Part shown: positions 35,583 through 46,332 of the stretch, in pieces
Layout of the letters: every line of letters starts with the position of its first letter
Numbering within the stretch: the stretch's first letter is position 1
Origin: an uncultured virus (IMG/VR IMGVR_UViG_3300028490_000003)
Taxonomy: Duplodnaviria; Heunggongvirae; Uroviricota; Caudoviricetes
Length of the DNA stretch: 64,000 bases
Direction: 5' to 3' (one strand)
IMG/VR virus record: IMGVR_UViG_3300028490_000003
Notes under the pieces: generated by a model
Databases searched by the model: none
The model's input: only the letters and a program-made list of their open reading frames with translations
What the model was told of the DNA's origin: nothing
Translations under genes and position numbers: made by a program

Positions 35583-35798
35583 ATGAATAATGTTGACAAA
35601 ACTTACTTTATCCCAGGGGATACTGTAAAACTTAAGCACGCAATTGATAATGTACCTGAAATGGTAGTACAAAGCGTTGACAAACAAACTATTAGAAGTA
35701 GTACTGGTATTTTACTAGGTGTTACATGTATATGGTTTAATGATAATAAGGATTTACAGAAACATAGATTTAATACTAAGGATCTTAAAAAAATATAA
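35583..35798 (+). CDS. small YodC/DUF2158-like protein
   Basis: F.PGDTVKLK....PEMVV......CIWF......F....L. Confidence 0.65.
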   Translation: MNNVDKTYFIPGDTVKLKHAIDNVPEMVVQSVDKQTIRSSTGILLGVTCIWFNDNKDLQKHRFNTKDLKKI

Positions 35799-35800
35799 TT

Positions 35801-36379
35801 ATGTTAAAGTTTACTATTCTAAATAATAAGATAGTACTCGATCCAAACATAATTCTTCTAGAGGAGCTGTCCGAATTATATACAATGACTGAGAGGGGTG
35901 AAAAACTTTTGCAGGTTATATATTATATACATTCTAGGGATATAGAAAATCCTTTTAGAGACTTAGATCAAAGAGTACTTGTAGAAAACGTAATAAGAGC
36001 TGTTTTTAAAAAGAGTTCTTTTAAAGAGTTGAACCTTACTGATAGGGAAACTAAAATGTATTACGCGGCTGAGACTATTTTCATAAAACATAATTTAACT
36101 TCAGAGGGGCGCCTAGAAAAGGCCATCGATAAAAAATTAGATGAAATATCTATAATGCTTAATGAAACAGTTCCTACGATAGAGGAGTCTGAGACTAAGA
36201 GTGGGGAAGTTAAATTCAGTACAAACCTTAATATAATCCTTAATTTATTTACTAAGATTGAGACAATCATGAAAAGTAAGTCAGTTCTTCAGAATGCTAT
36301 TAGAAAGCAGGAAGGATCTGGTAGAATAAAAGGTGGAGGTACTACAAGTTTCAGAGAAATGGGTATTCTAAAGAAATAA
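35801..36379 (+). CDS. conserved protein upstream of the terminase (possible small terminase subunit)
   Basis: Position only; ends RIKGG. Confidence 0.5.
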   Translation: MLKFTILNNKIVLDPNIILLEELSELYTMTERGEKLLQVIYYIHSRDIENPFRDLDQRVLVENVIRAVFKKSSFKELNLTDRETKMYYAAETIFIKHNLTSEGRLEKAIDKKLDEISIMLNETVPTIEESETKSGEVKFSTNLNIILNLFTKIETIMKSKSVLQNAIRKQEGSGRIKGGGTTSFREMGILKK

Positions 36380-36380
36380 T

Positions 36381-38555
36381 ATGTATATAAACTATAAACT
36401 AAAATACGATAAATTTAGTCAAAGGGCTTTACCATTTCTATCGAAAGTAGATGGAAAGGTTTATAATGGGTCTTTTGATGTTACTAAGGCTGTGGATTAC
36501 TTGGAAGGAGTAAAAACTGGGGAGGAAGAAGTTCATCTAAGAGACTATTTAGTATATAGACCATTGCCAAAGGTTTTAAAAGATCTTGGAACAATGCCAG
36601 AAGTGCACCCTCAGAGTTATGAGATGCAAGTATGGTATAAAAAAATATTTAAAGCTTTAGAAGAAGGGGTTACAGTTGGAAAAGAATACTACAATCCTTT
36701 TTTTGTTTTCTGGATTCTTATTTTTATATTCGAAATCCCTCTATATGATAAAAAAGGAAATATAATTCCAGAGGGGTCAGAGATAGGAAGGCCAGTATAC
36801 TCCACTATAGATAGATATATTTTCGATGTTATGTGGAAAGCTTATAAGCAGAGAAAATATGTAGGGTTTATGTCTGGAAGGGGTATTGGTAAGTCCTTTA
36901 TCACTACAGCTATCGAAGCGTGGTACTACACTTTATTCGATAAACAAGAAATTATAGTTTCTGCAACATCTGATCCAATTGTGGAAGAAGCATGGAGTAA
37001 GATGGTTGATACATTTGATCTTATAGAAGAGAAATATACTGGGTTTAGACAGAAAAGAATTCTTAGTGGTTCTGAACGTATATTGGCAGGAGAAGAGTAT
37101 TATGACAATAACGGTGACCTTAAGAAAAGAGGGTCATTAAACTACGTTAGAAGGATTGTGTATGGTGATAATGCCAACAAGACAAGGGGTAGAAGACCTC
37201 ATTTCCAGCACGTAGAGGAGTTTGCAGCATTTCCTTCACATCCTTCAAAAGGGTCTCTTAAAAACTGTATAGGACAGTCTAAGGGGTCATGGCTTGTGAT
37301 GGGATCTATTAAAAAAGCCTTTGTTGTATACACTGGAACTGGAGGTTCTGTGAACAATAAAGATGCTGAAGATGTATTTACAAACCCAAAAGGTTACAAT
37401 CTAATAGAAGTAAATGAGTGGGGTAAAGAGACAAGTTTATTCATCCCTTCTTTTTTAAAGTATGGTGGAACCTGGGAACAAAAAGGTACTCCAAATGTAC
37501 AGCTTGCTATGGAGTTGATTATAATGAAACGAAAATCATTAGAATCTGACCATGTTGCGTACGAGAAAGAATTACAGGAATTCCCAATAACCTTAGAAGA
37601 AGTATTTACTGTAAAAGGTACAAATATATTTAACCAGGATAAGATAGGTGAGCAAATAGCTAAAGTTAAAATGGCTAATAAGAAACCTTGGGAAGTAGGA
37701 AAGCTTGAATATATATTAGATAAAGATGGTAATGTAAAAGGAGTAAAATTTGTTAAGACAAATAAGGGAGATATAGTTATTATAGAACACCCTGAGGTAG
37801 GAGATAACGGTAAGATATTGAACAACTTATATGTCTCTGGACTGGATAGTATTGATCAGGGTAAGATGGACTCATTAATCGATGGATCTAAATTAGCTAT
37901 GGCTGTGAAGAAAAGGATATCTAAAAACATGTTCGAATCTACCAGTAATTTATATGTTGCTTTTTATTGTAAAAGATCTGACCAAGTTAGATGGGATTAT
38001 GAGAACGCTTTAAAGTTGAGTATGTATTATAACTCAAAGATAAATTTAGAATACACCAAGATAAATATTATATCTTTCTTTAGGGAACGTGGGCAATTTT
38101 GGAGATTTTTACAAAGGCCTTCTATTGCAATTGGATCAAATGTTAGTGGAGTTAAAGCTAGTCAGCTTATAGGTTCTCCTGCTACATCACATGTTATTGC
38201 ACACCAAGATCAAAAGTTAGCAGATTATATAGATGACTATTACTACCAAATAGTATACTTACCTGCTTTAGAGCAGCTTAGGGGATATTCTATGGAGAAT
38301 AGAACCCCATTTGATTACGTAGTCGCCATGGGGCTAGCTGAACTTGCGGATGAGGACTTCTTAGGAAAGCCAGCTACTGACGGAGGTCAGGCTTCTGAAG
38401 ATCTTACAATGTTTGGGTACTATAGAGATTCTAAAGGAATAAAACGTTGGGGAGAAATTCCAAAAAAGAACACAGAACTAAAAAGTATTACAGAAGAAGT
38501 TCTTGATGAAATGACTGAAAACAATAATCTACCATTTAATTGGGTAGAAAACTAA
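36381..38555 (+). CDS. terL: Terminase large subunit
   Basis: Walker A GRGIGKS, Walker B HVEEFA, GTGG coupling motif, nuclease GLDSID and FDYVVAMG. Confidence 0.93.
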   Translation: MYINYKLKYDKFSQRALPFLSKVDGKVYNGSFDVTKAVDYLEGVKTGEEEVHLRDYLVYRPLPKVLKDLGTMPEVHPQSYEMQVWYKKIFKALEEGVTVGKEYYNPFFVFWILIFIFEIPLYDKKGNIIPEGSEIGRPVYSTIDRYIFDVMWKAYKQRKYVGFMSGRGIGKSFITTAIEAWYYTLFDKQEIIVSATSDPIVEEAWSKMVDTFDLIEEKYTGFRQKRILSGSERILAGEEYYDNNGDLKKRGSLNYVRRIVYGDNANKTRGRRPHFQHVEEFAAFPSHPSKGSLKNCIGQSKGSWLVMGSIKKAFVVYTGTGGSVNNKDAEDVFTNPKGYNLIEVNEWGKETSLFIPSFLKYGGTWEQKGTPNVQLAMELIIMKRKSLESDHVAYEKELQEFPITLEEVFTVKGTNIFNQDKIGEQIAKVKMANKKPWEVGKLEYILDKDGNVKGVKFVKTNKGDIVIIEHPEVGDNGKILNNLYVSGLDSIDQGKMDSLIDGSKLAMAVKKRISKNMFESTSNLYVAFYCKRSDQVRWDYENALKLSMYYNSKINLEYTKINIISFFRERGQFWRFLQRPSIAIGSNVSGVKASQLIGSPATSHVIAHQDQKLADYIDDYYYQIVYLPALEQLRGYSMENRTPFDYVVAMGLAELADEDFLGKPATDGGQASEDLTMFGYYRDSKGIKRWGEIPKKNTELKSITEEVLDEMTENNNLPFNWVEN

Positions 38556-38604
38556 TTAAAGTTAAAAAAAATTGGTATTATTATAATTATAAACAGAATA
38601 AGCA

Positions 38605-40917
38605 GTGATAAAAAATTATTTACCATATAGACATGAAATAATGATGTCGGATAAAGCTAAGTTGACTGATAAATATTTTCATTCTACAGCTGAGTTTTAT
38701 ATTTACACATTATATCATACAAGGCATCATATAACATCTGCTAGAAATTACTATTCAAGTGTTAGAGATGAGGCTGATTTCCAATATCTTGAAGATATCT
38801 ATGGAATGCAAAACCCTATTGATCTTGGGTTCACTAATATCATCAAGCCTAGAGTAGATGCTCTAGTAGGGCTAAGTTTGCTGAGTGAGCCTGATTTTAA
38901 AATTCACTATACTGACAAAGAAACTATAAAAGAAGTTCAAAAACAGAAATACGAGAAGGTGGTTGAAGAATTATTTTCATACGTAGCACAATCTGTGAAT
39001 TCTAAAAAGAAGGCTGCCCAGAAAGGGGAACAAAAACAACAGCAAGAAAGTGATGAAAATGCAGGACTTAAAGATTTCTTAGATAAAACAGCTAAAAAAT
39101 ATACAGAAGAATACTTATCTTCATTTCAAATAGCTGCAAGTCATATAATAAAACTTATTGAAACTGATGCTGATATAGATCTTAGTAATGTTAAAAAGGA
39201 ATTATCAAAAGATTATTTTATAACTGGGGAAGCTTATACTCGTCAAATCCATAAAGGAGAGGGTAAAAATCCTACTATAGAAGTTATATTACCAGATTAC
39301 ATATATACAAATAGACCACGTTTAGATAAAGATCTTAAAAGAGCTAGTGTAGTTGTTTATAAAGAAAGAATATCACCTCATCAAGTATTAAAAAAATTAG
39401 GAGATAAGATATCAAAAGAAGATGCAGAAAGATTATTTACTACTTATGGAGCGTTGTCTTCAGAGGAAGTAAACCTAGCTGGGGGAGCACCTGATGCTAA
39501 CTTATATAATACACCTCAAGACGACATGCATCAATTAGATACCTTTTATCTTAAAACTGGATGGCAGAACGGCCCTTTAAATGGGTATGGAGGAGATAAT
39601 TATTCTGGCCCATTAGTAGATTTATACCATGTTGAGTGGTTGGCTTCTACTAGAATACCAAATGGTAAAGGTGGATTTGTATATAGAGAGGATAGATATG
39701 AATGTTATAGAATTGGATATGATATCTACGTTGGAGCTAGACGATGTAAAGAAGCACCTAGAACAAAAGAGGAACCTTGGAAAACTAAACTATCTTATAG
39801 TGGAGTAATAAATGTTTCTAGAACTGGTGTAATTCATTCGCTTGTTAATTCTATGAGAGAGCTACAAGATCTTTATGATATTATAATGTTCTTTAGAAAT
39901 AATGCGATCGCGCATTCTGGTGTATCTGGATCACGTGTTAACGTAGCGGCGATACCTAAAGCACTTGGTAAAAAGTTTATGGACAGGCTTACTAAATGGG
40001 TTACTATTAGAAAACAAGGAATAGAACTTATTGACCCGACAGAAGAAGGGGCCCAACTATTCCAACACTACGGGGATTTCTCCGCAGCAATTTCTGCTGA
40101 TGTTATAGATTCTATTAATGCTATATTAGAATCATTGACTGTTCAAGCAGATATAATTAGTGGAGTACCTAGACAGATGTTAGGAGTTATAGAAGAAAGA
40201 GATGCTGTTGAAAATGTAAAGACTGGACTTAATCAAGTATCTATATTATCTTTAGAGATGTTTAGAGATTTAGATAGATGTTTAAATAGAACAGTGCAGA
40301 AAACTCTAGATGACTTTAAATATTCATATAGAAAGAAACCTCTTCATGGAATATATAAAAATGGGTTAGCAATGATACCATTTGTACTTGCATCGAAAGA
40401 GTTTGCAATGACAGATTATAAAGTTTCTGTTGTTTCTTCTGGTATAGAAAATGCTAAGTTACTGAAAATACAGCAGTTAGCTAAAGAGTTTGTTAGCGCA
40501 GGAGCTATAGACCCAGACGTACTTGTAAAAATAATTAATAATAAATCTATTCACGAAATAGAATATATACTTAGTAAAGCTACCGCTGCTAAAAAAGAAG
40601 AGAACGCTAGTATTCAAAAAATGCAGGAGCAGCTGGAAGAAGCTAACGGGCAAGTTAAGAAACTACAAGGAGAAATTAATAGGTTAGAAAATAATGCTAA
40701 GCAACAACTTGAAGGAAGATTAAAACTTGATGAGAAAAAAGTTAATAATGAAAACACTAATAAAGAACGTGAGTTAACTATCAAGGAAAAAGATATTAGA
40801 AATAAAAAAGAAGCTTCTGATAAAGAGATAGCTATTAAAGATAAATTAGTAGCTCTGGAAAGAGAGCAGTTACTATATGGACCAGGTAGTAGTAAAGAAA
40901 TACAAAATAACGTTTAA
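38605..40917 (+). CDS. Portal protein
   Basis: 770 aa after TerL; NIIKPRVDALVG, ISGVPRQMLG, C-terminal coiled coil. Confidence 0.88.
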   Translation: MIKNYLPYRHEIMMSDKAKLTDKYFHSTAEFYIYTLYHTRHHITSARNYYSSVRDEADFQYLEDIYGMQNPIDLGFTNIIKPRVDALVGLSLLSEPDFKIHYTDKETIKEVQKQKYEKVVEELFSYVAQSVNSKKKAAQKGEQKQQQESDENAGLKDFLDKTAKKYTEEYLSSFQIAASHIIKLIETDADIDLSNVKKELSKDYFITGEAYTRQIHKGEGKNPTIEVILPDYIYTNRPRLDKDLKRASVVVYKERISPHQVLKKLGDKISKEDAERLFTTYGALSSEEVNLAGGAPDANLYNTPQDDMHQLDTFYLKTGWQNGPLNGYGGDNYSGPLVDLYHVEWLASTRIPNGKGGFVYREDRYECYRIGYDIYVGARRCKEAPRTKEEPWKTKLSYSGVINVSRTGVIHSLVNSMRELQDLYDIIMFFRNNAIAHSGVSGSRVNVAAIPKALGKKFMDRLTKWVTIRKQGIELIDPTEEGAQLFQHYGDFSAAISADVIDSINAILESLTVQADIISGVPRQMLGVIEERDAVENVKTGLNQVSILSLEMFRDLDRCLNRTVQKTLDDFKYSYRKKPLHGIYKNGLAMIPFVLASKEFAMTDYKVSVVSSGIENAKLLKIQQLAKEFVSAGAIDPDVLVKIINNKSIHEIEYILSKATAAKKEENASIQKMQEQLEEANGQVKKLQGEINRLENNAKQQLEGRLKLDEKKVNNENTNKERELTIKEKDIRNKKEASDKEIAIKDKLVALEREQLLYGPGSSKEIQNNV

Positions 40918-40919
40918 TT

Positions 40920-41966
40920 ATGAATATAGATAGTATACTAGTACAAGATACAAATGGTGATCTTGCCAAAGAAATTTTAAAGAATGATGTTAATAAGCAG
41001 GCATTAAGTGTTTGGTTTTCTGATTATGATAAAGCTAACAAGAAGATTTTAAATTTTGCAGTTAATAATATTAGATATGATCTTATTCCATCTATAGAGG
41101 ATACTACATATGTTACGTTTTTAACTTATAATGGATCTTCTGGGTACCAGAATAAAATGTTTTCTACAATAGTTGCATATGACTCTGGGGATTTTAATAG
41201 ACATGAGATTCCTGTTCTTACATATGATCCTAATAATATTCAAGTTATTCCAGAATTAGAAGAGCTTAATGATGTGGTATTAGATATAAAAATGTATAAT
41301 GGTACTATAGATGTATTAAACTACACTGATTATAAAATGGGCCACGGTACTCTTAGTAAAGGATCCAATGCTTATACAGTTAAATCAAGAAGAGCTTTTC
41401 CTACAAAAGTAGATATACTGCCTAACGTAGAAAATAATAGAGTTTTTCTAGATGGTTGGTATTCTTTTACACATATTATATATAAAGATATTACAGAAGG
41501 AAGTGACTTAGTCGCAGGTAATTTCTATTCTTTTAGAGGAAAATTATATAAGTCGTTGGATTACGGTAAATTTTATATAGGTAATAATACTACTGGAAGA
41601 GTTGTATTGAGAAGTGGAGATATTTCTACAACCTCATTAGTAGAGGTAGGACAAGCTAATTACGAAGATCTATTATTTAGTTTAAATGAGACTTCAGCTA
41701 TTTCTCCACAAGCTAATGATTCTTTCTTACACTCACAAGTACTTATTACAGAGGAACTTAGACAAGCTATTCTACAAGAAATTGTTAAAGTAGCATGTAG
41801 TAAAAAAATTGGATGTGATTTTATGGATTGGCAAAATCTTACTTTAAAAAGAATTGCAGCGTATGTTATGTTTGAGAACGGGCTGTTTGAAAAAGCCCAA
41901 CTTATATTAGAAGCTGCCAGAGCAATGTGTACTGGTGGGAATGGATTTGATTTAAATTGTTATTAA
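40920..41966 (+). CDS. probable structural protein
   Basis: 348 aa in the morphogenesis operon. Confidence 0.7.
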   Translation: MNIDSILVQDTNGDLAKEILKNDVNKQALSVWFSDYDKANKKILNFAVNNIRYDLIPSIEDTTYVTFLTYNGSSGYQNKMFSTIVAYDSGDFNRHEIPVLTYDPNNIQVIPELEELNDVVLDIKMYNGTIDVLNYTDYKMGHGTLSKGSNAYTVKSRRAFPTKVDILPNVENNRVFLDGWYSFTHIIYKDITEGSDLVAGNFYSFRGKLYKSLDYGKFYIGNNTTGRVVLRSGDISTTSLVEVGQANYEDLLFSLNETSAISPQANDSFLHSQVLITEELRQAILQEIVKVACSKKIGCDFMDWQNLTLKRIAAYVMFENGLFEKAQLILEAARAMCTGGNGFDLNCY

Positions 41967-41967
41967 T

Positions 41968-42225
41968 ATGGTAGGTATAGAAGATGTTTGGACTGCAATA
42001 GACAGGGGGTATGAACAAATAGCAGTATTTCAATTTGAGATAGCTGAGAAATTACCTATGATAGGAGATATCTCTGTATTTAATGGGAGGCAAGTTATAT
42101 CTATGGAGCTGCTAGCTTATTTAGAAGCTTTAGAAGAATTAAGTTTAAATCATAGTATAGCAGAAAATAAAATAATAGATAGATTATATAATAATATAAA
42201 AGTTTTAACTAAAAACATACAATAA
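41968..42225 (+). CDS. hypothetical protein
   Basis: 85 aa. Confidence 0.75.
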   Translation: MVGIEDVWTAIDRGYEQIAVFQFEIAEKLPMIGDISVFNGRQVISMELLAYLEALEELSLNHSIAENKIIDRLYNNIKVLTKNIQ

Positions 42226-42635
42226 TGGGATTACACGGATATAGAGCATTTAGAGATACATACCATGATAATGGTGTAGAAATATCAGATATCTTACAAA
42301 CAGATTATGAACCAGATTTTCGTAATAGACATACAATACAATTGTGGGATGCAGGAGTATATAATAATATAAATATTAAAAAATGGAAAGGAACTACATT
42401 AGCGAATAGAAGTTTACATGAAATTTATATAGTAAATAATAGTAATGCATCTACTCTTATAACTTTTTCTACTGATTATAGATTAGAGGACGAGGAGTCT
42501 TTTGATATCAGTGGGTTTCAAACGATTACAATAGGAGCCAATGGAACTGCATACTTTTATTGTACAGCAGTTTTAGATAATAATAATTTAGTTTTTGAGA
42601 TGCGAACTGGTTCCCAGGATAATAAAAATATATAA
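42225..42635 (+). CDS. hypothetical protein
   Basis: 136 aa. Confidence 0.75.
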   Translation: MGLHGYRAFRDTYHDNGVEISDILQTDYEPDFRNRHTIQLWDAGVYNNINIKKWKGTTLANRSLHEIYIVNNSNASTLITFSTDYRLEDEESFDISGFQTITIGANGTAYFYCTAVLDNNNLVFEMRTGSQDNKNI

Positions 42636-42658
42636 TATACTTTATTAAGTTAAAAATT

Positions 42659-42670
42659 TATAGTATTATA
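42659..42670 (+). promoter_or_regulatory. TAGTATTATA promoter-like motif
   Basis: Intergenic, upstream of scaffold and MCP. Confidence 0.6.
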
Positions 42671-42703
42671 TAAAATGACAATGTTAATATAAATAAGAAA
42701 AAT

Positions 42704-43873
42704 ATGAGTTTAAAAAGATTTCAAGAGGGAGGCCTTATAGATGAGGCTGAACTATTTTCAGAAGAACCTTCTGGAGAAGAAGGAGCAGAAGGAGCAGCAC
42801 AAGGCTCTCTATCTGGAGAATTAGTAGATAATGCCGACGGAGATGCACCCGCCGAAGTTCAACAAAGTGCACAAGCGCCGCCACCTGTTAATACAGAAGC
42901 ACCAATCGATACCCCACCAGTTCAACCAATAGATACTGATACTGGACTTAATGGAGTAGAATTATTTTTATCAGATTTTGGTGTAAAGGGAGGAATGATA
43001 GAATTTGAAGGAGGTAGATCCGCACATTTCTCATCATTACCAGCTACAGAGCAGGAAGAGGTATTAAAATCTCTTACTCAAGGAGCTATACCAAGTGTGG
43101 AAGAAAAGTACAATCTAGACGAAGACGAGATAACTCTCTTAAACGCGTATAGAGAAAGTGGTGATCCCGACATTGGTAATTTCTTGAATAATATAGTTGA
43201 TGAGAGAATGTCAACATATATGCAAAAGGAACAAGAATTAGCTGTTGATTATGATGGTGTTCAAGAAGATGATTTATTTATCTTTCATTTGAAAAGTAGC
43301 CATCCTGATTTTAGTGATGATCAGATTGCAGATGAATTAGTTAAAGCTAAAGATCTGATTACATATTCTGATACTGTTTCTGCAATTAGAGATTCATATA
43401 AATCCAAACAGTCTATGGCAATTCAACAAGCCAAGAGTGCAGAAGGAGCTGAATTTAACAATGAGGTAGAAGCGCAGAGAACTGAGATAGTTAGTTATGT
43501 AGAAGACATTACTGATATAGCAGGTGCTCAAATAAATGATGAAATAAAAGAATATTTGCTTACTGACATGATGGAGCTTAATGATAATAATGATCCAATA
43601 TTAATGGAGAAGATTTTCAGCAGCCCAGAGAGCATGTTTAAAGCAAACTGGTTCCTTACATACGGGGAAGACTATATAGGTAATTTAAATGATTACTGGA
43701 AAAAACAAGTATCAGCCGCGTATAAAAAAGGATACGACACAAGTATAAATGGAATGCCAAATAATCCTACGATTATAGGGGCAGACATACAAAGAAAAAG
43801 CTCGGGAAGCAGTGATCAAGATAGTCCAGGAGGATTTGGTCAGAAAGTTACTGAAGAAGAGTTATTTGATTAA
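42704..43873 (+). CDS. Acidic scaffolding-like protein
   Basis: Very acidic, directly precedes the MCP. Confidence 0.65.
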   Translation: MSLKRFQEGGLIDEAELFSEEPSGEEGAEGAAQGSLSGELVDNADGDAPAEVQQSAQAPPPVNTEAPIDTPPVQPIDTDTGLNGVELFLSDFGVKGGMIEFEGGRSAHFSSLPATEQEEVLKSLTQGAIPSVEEKYNLDEDEITLLNAYRESGDPDIGNFLNNIVDERMSTYMQKEQELAVDYDGVQEDDLFIFHLKSSHPDFSDDQIADELVKAKDLITYSDTVSAIRDSYKSKQSMAIQQAKSAEGAEFNNEVEAQRTEIVSYVEDITDIAGAQINDEIKEYLLTDMMELNDNNDPILMEKIFSSPESMFKANWFLTYGEDYIGNLNDYWKKQVSAAYKKGYDTSINGMPNNPTIIGADIQRKSSGSSDQDSPGGFGQKVTEEELFD

Positions 43874-43897
43874 TATTAATATTTAAATTTAACAAAC

Positions 43898-45325
43898 ATG
43901 AGAATTGTAGATCGTCGTTTTATCGACAAAAACATCAATACTACAAGAACTCGCCAACATTTTGGAACTCTTCTTGGAGAGAAGCCACACATAATGGGGC
44001 AAGTAGTAAGGATGTACCCACGTTTGACTATCTCTAACTTAACAGAGGGGTTACGTAACGTGTACACAAAAAAGAAAAGTGTAGGAGGCTTCACGCCTAT
44101 CAACTCGTATGCCATTCAATGGACTATCGATGTGAACTACATTAAGAAAGTCAGAATTGTATCTGATGGAACAGGAGATTTTGCTCCTTCACCTGGAGTA
44201 TTCCAGATTAATCTTGAGGAAAAGTATTACAACAAGAATGAGACATTTGCATTAGACAATGGTACTCAACTTATTGTTGTTGCGCCACCTCAGTACAAAG
44301 GCCCTAAAATGTGGGGTTATAAAGTACAAATGGTTTCCAATAACGGTGGAACACCAGCCGTAGCTTTCCTAGTAAAAGGAAAACACACTAGATTCCGTTC
44401 AAATTATCACCCAGAATTATCAGTAAGAGGTTACGTTAAGTACCAATTCAATACTGAAACTCACCGTAACTTTATGAGTAAGCACAGATCATCAGATATC
44501 CAATCTGCTGAATACGCTGCGTCTCAAGAATTCTACATCGAAAGAGGTACGAAGAAAAGAGGTGGAAAAACTGAGTATGAGTATTACAGACTTCAAAAAT
44601 TAGAGAAAGATGTTCTTGAATCTTACCTATGGGCAAGAGAGAATCATTTACTTTGGGGAGAGTCTAACTTCGATTCTAATGGTAAATGTACTATGCAGGA
44701 TGAGAAAGGACAAGACATTCCAATTGGTGATGGTGTAATCAAGCAGATCGAAAGATATTGTGAGAAGTTTTCTTACTCTGTACTTTCTACTCGTTGGTTA
44801 GAAGATATCATGGCAGCAATGCGTGAGAAGTCTCCTAACTCTATTGGTAATACATTCGCGTTTGTAGTGAACGAAAGATTGTACGATCAATTAGGTAGAT
44901 TATTGAGAGATGATTTAAGATTTGTTGATCAAAGAGGTGGTGAAGGCCATTACTTTACTAACAAAGATGGTAAGAAGATTAGAGTTGGAGCACATTACGA
45001 TAGCTATACCTTCCAAGGTAACACTGTTGTATTTATGGTTGATAAAATCTTATCTGATGAATATCCATTCTCAGGTTATGGTTTCTGTATCAATGTAGGT
45101 GTTGACCAGACTACTTCTACTTCAGGAATTTCAATGTTTACAATGGAAGGTCGTGAGATGCTTTCAGGTAAGTTGAGAGGAATGGGTGGATTCTCTGGAA
45201 AGGAAAATAATGTTGATTTAGCAACTTCAGTAGATGGTAGTGAATACCACTTATTAGGTTACTCTGCAGCGGTTGTTTTCAATCCTTATAATGCAGCAAT
45301 TATCCGCGAATCTTTCGTAGCATAA
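43898..45325 (+). CDS. Major capsid protein
   Basis: 475 aa, high-expression codon bias, IPIGDGVIKQIE motif, followed by a hairpin; crAss-like gene order. Confidence 0.88.
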   Translation: MRIVDRRFIDKNINTTRTRQHFGTLLGEKPHIMGQVVRMYPRLTISNLTEGLRNVYTKKKSVGGFTPINSYAIQWTIDVNYIKKVRIVSDGTGDFAPSPGVFQINLEEKYYNKNETFALDNGTQLIVVAPPQYKGPKMWGYKVQMVSNNGGTPAVAFLVKGKHTRFRSNYHPELSVRGYVKYQFNTETHRNFMSKHRSSDIQSAEYAASQEFYIERGTKKRGGKTEYEYYRLQKLEKDVLESYLWARENHLLWGESNFDSNGKCTMQDEKGQDIPIGDGVIKQIERYCEKFSYSVLSTRWLEDIMAAMREKSPNSIGNTFAFVVNERLYDQLGRLLRDDLRFVDQRGGEGHYFTNKDGKKIRVGAHYDSYTFQGNTVVFMVDKILSDEYPFSGYGFCINVGVDQTTSTSGISMFTMEGREMLSGKLRGMGGFSGKENNVDLATSVDGSEYHLLGYSAAVVFNPYNAAIIRESFVA

Positions 45326-45340
45326 TTATAAAGGTTATTT

Positions 45341-45370
45341 AAGGGGGAGCCTCATATCCCCCTTTATTTT
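45341..45370 (+). terminator. Hairpin/terminator after the MCP gene
   Basis: AAGGGGGA/TCCCCCTT followed by a T-rich tract. Confidence 0.7.
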
Positions 45371-45401
45371 AATGTCAATATGAACTAATAAAAATAATAA
45401 G

Positions 45402-46331
45402 ATGAATAAAAACACACACGGATTAACTGCCGAGCAGTTATCTAATGGAACTCCTGCAGATAAAAAGATTATATTAAAGTCTTTTTACAAAGATGATAAA
45501 GCTACAATTTCACCAGCAAAAGATGTGAATCGTAGATATTTAGGAATTAAGGAGAACATACCTGAAATTAAGAAATTAGAAATGGGGTATGTGCCTGGAG
45601 TAGATAGTAGAGTTAGAATTTATGACGGTATCGAAATAGATTTAAACGATCCTACTTGGGCCAAAGACTGGGAATGGATGCAACATTGTAATGAGATTGC
45701 AGACGATTTTGCAACAGGTCAAGCAACACCTGGAGCATATTTTTATATATTTAGACCAGGATTTGAAGCTGCTAGAAAGGTTGGTGAGACTGAAAGAAAA
45801 GTTAAATTATTAAACTATATCTTACAAGATTCTCCAGAAAACCTTTATAATAGAGTTAGTATACTTGGAATCGATATGTCAGGAGAAGTAATTTCTGAAG
45901 TAAAAGATTTCATGCTTGGAATGGTTGAAACAGAACCAGCTAAGATTGAAAAAGTGTACGAAAGTAAAACGTTCTCTCTTGAACTATTATTAATGCATGC
46001 TCTTAAAAAAGGAGTTATTAATAAAAGAAATGGAGTATATGTATTTGGAGAAGTATTATTAGGTGTAGACGATAGAGCTGTAATAGCTTTCTTTGCTAAC
46101 GTTAAAAATTCTCAGACAACAAAAGCTGTTGAGGCTGTAACATATGGGAAAATTACCCTTGGTACTAACCCATTAGCAGAAGAAGCAGTAGGTGATTCTG
46201 AAGATGTTTTTGACGAAGATACAGATAGTAAAACTGAACAAATAAAAGCAAAGCAAAGTGCAGTGGCTAAAAAAGCTGCAACACTTGCAAATAACAAAAC
46301 AACAGTAAAGGCGGCGGCTAAGGGCAAGTAA
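45402..46331 (+). CDS. conserved protein downstream of MCP
   Basis: 309 aa. Confidence 0.75.
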   Translation: MNKNTHGLTAEQLSNGTPADKKIILKSFYKDDKATISPAKDVNRRYLGIKENIPEIKKLEMGYVPGVDSRVRIYDGIEIDLNDPTWAKDWEWMQHCNEIADDFATGQATPGAYFYIFRPGFEAARKVGETERKVKLLNYILQDSPENLYNRVSILGIDMSGEVISEVKDFMLGMVETEPAKIEKVYESKTFSLELLLMHALKKGVINKRNGVYVFGEVLLGVDDRAVIAFFANVKNSQTTKAVEAVTYGKITLGTNPLAEEAVGDSEDVFDEDTDSKTEQIKAKQSAVAKKAATLANNKTTVKAAAKGK

Positions 46332-46332
46332 T

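Noticed and set aside
36381..45325. Introns or inteins in TerL, portal or MCP
   Set aside because: Frames are continuous with ordinary lengths and no intein motifs were noticed
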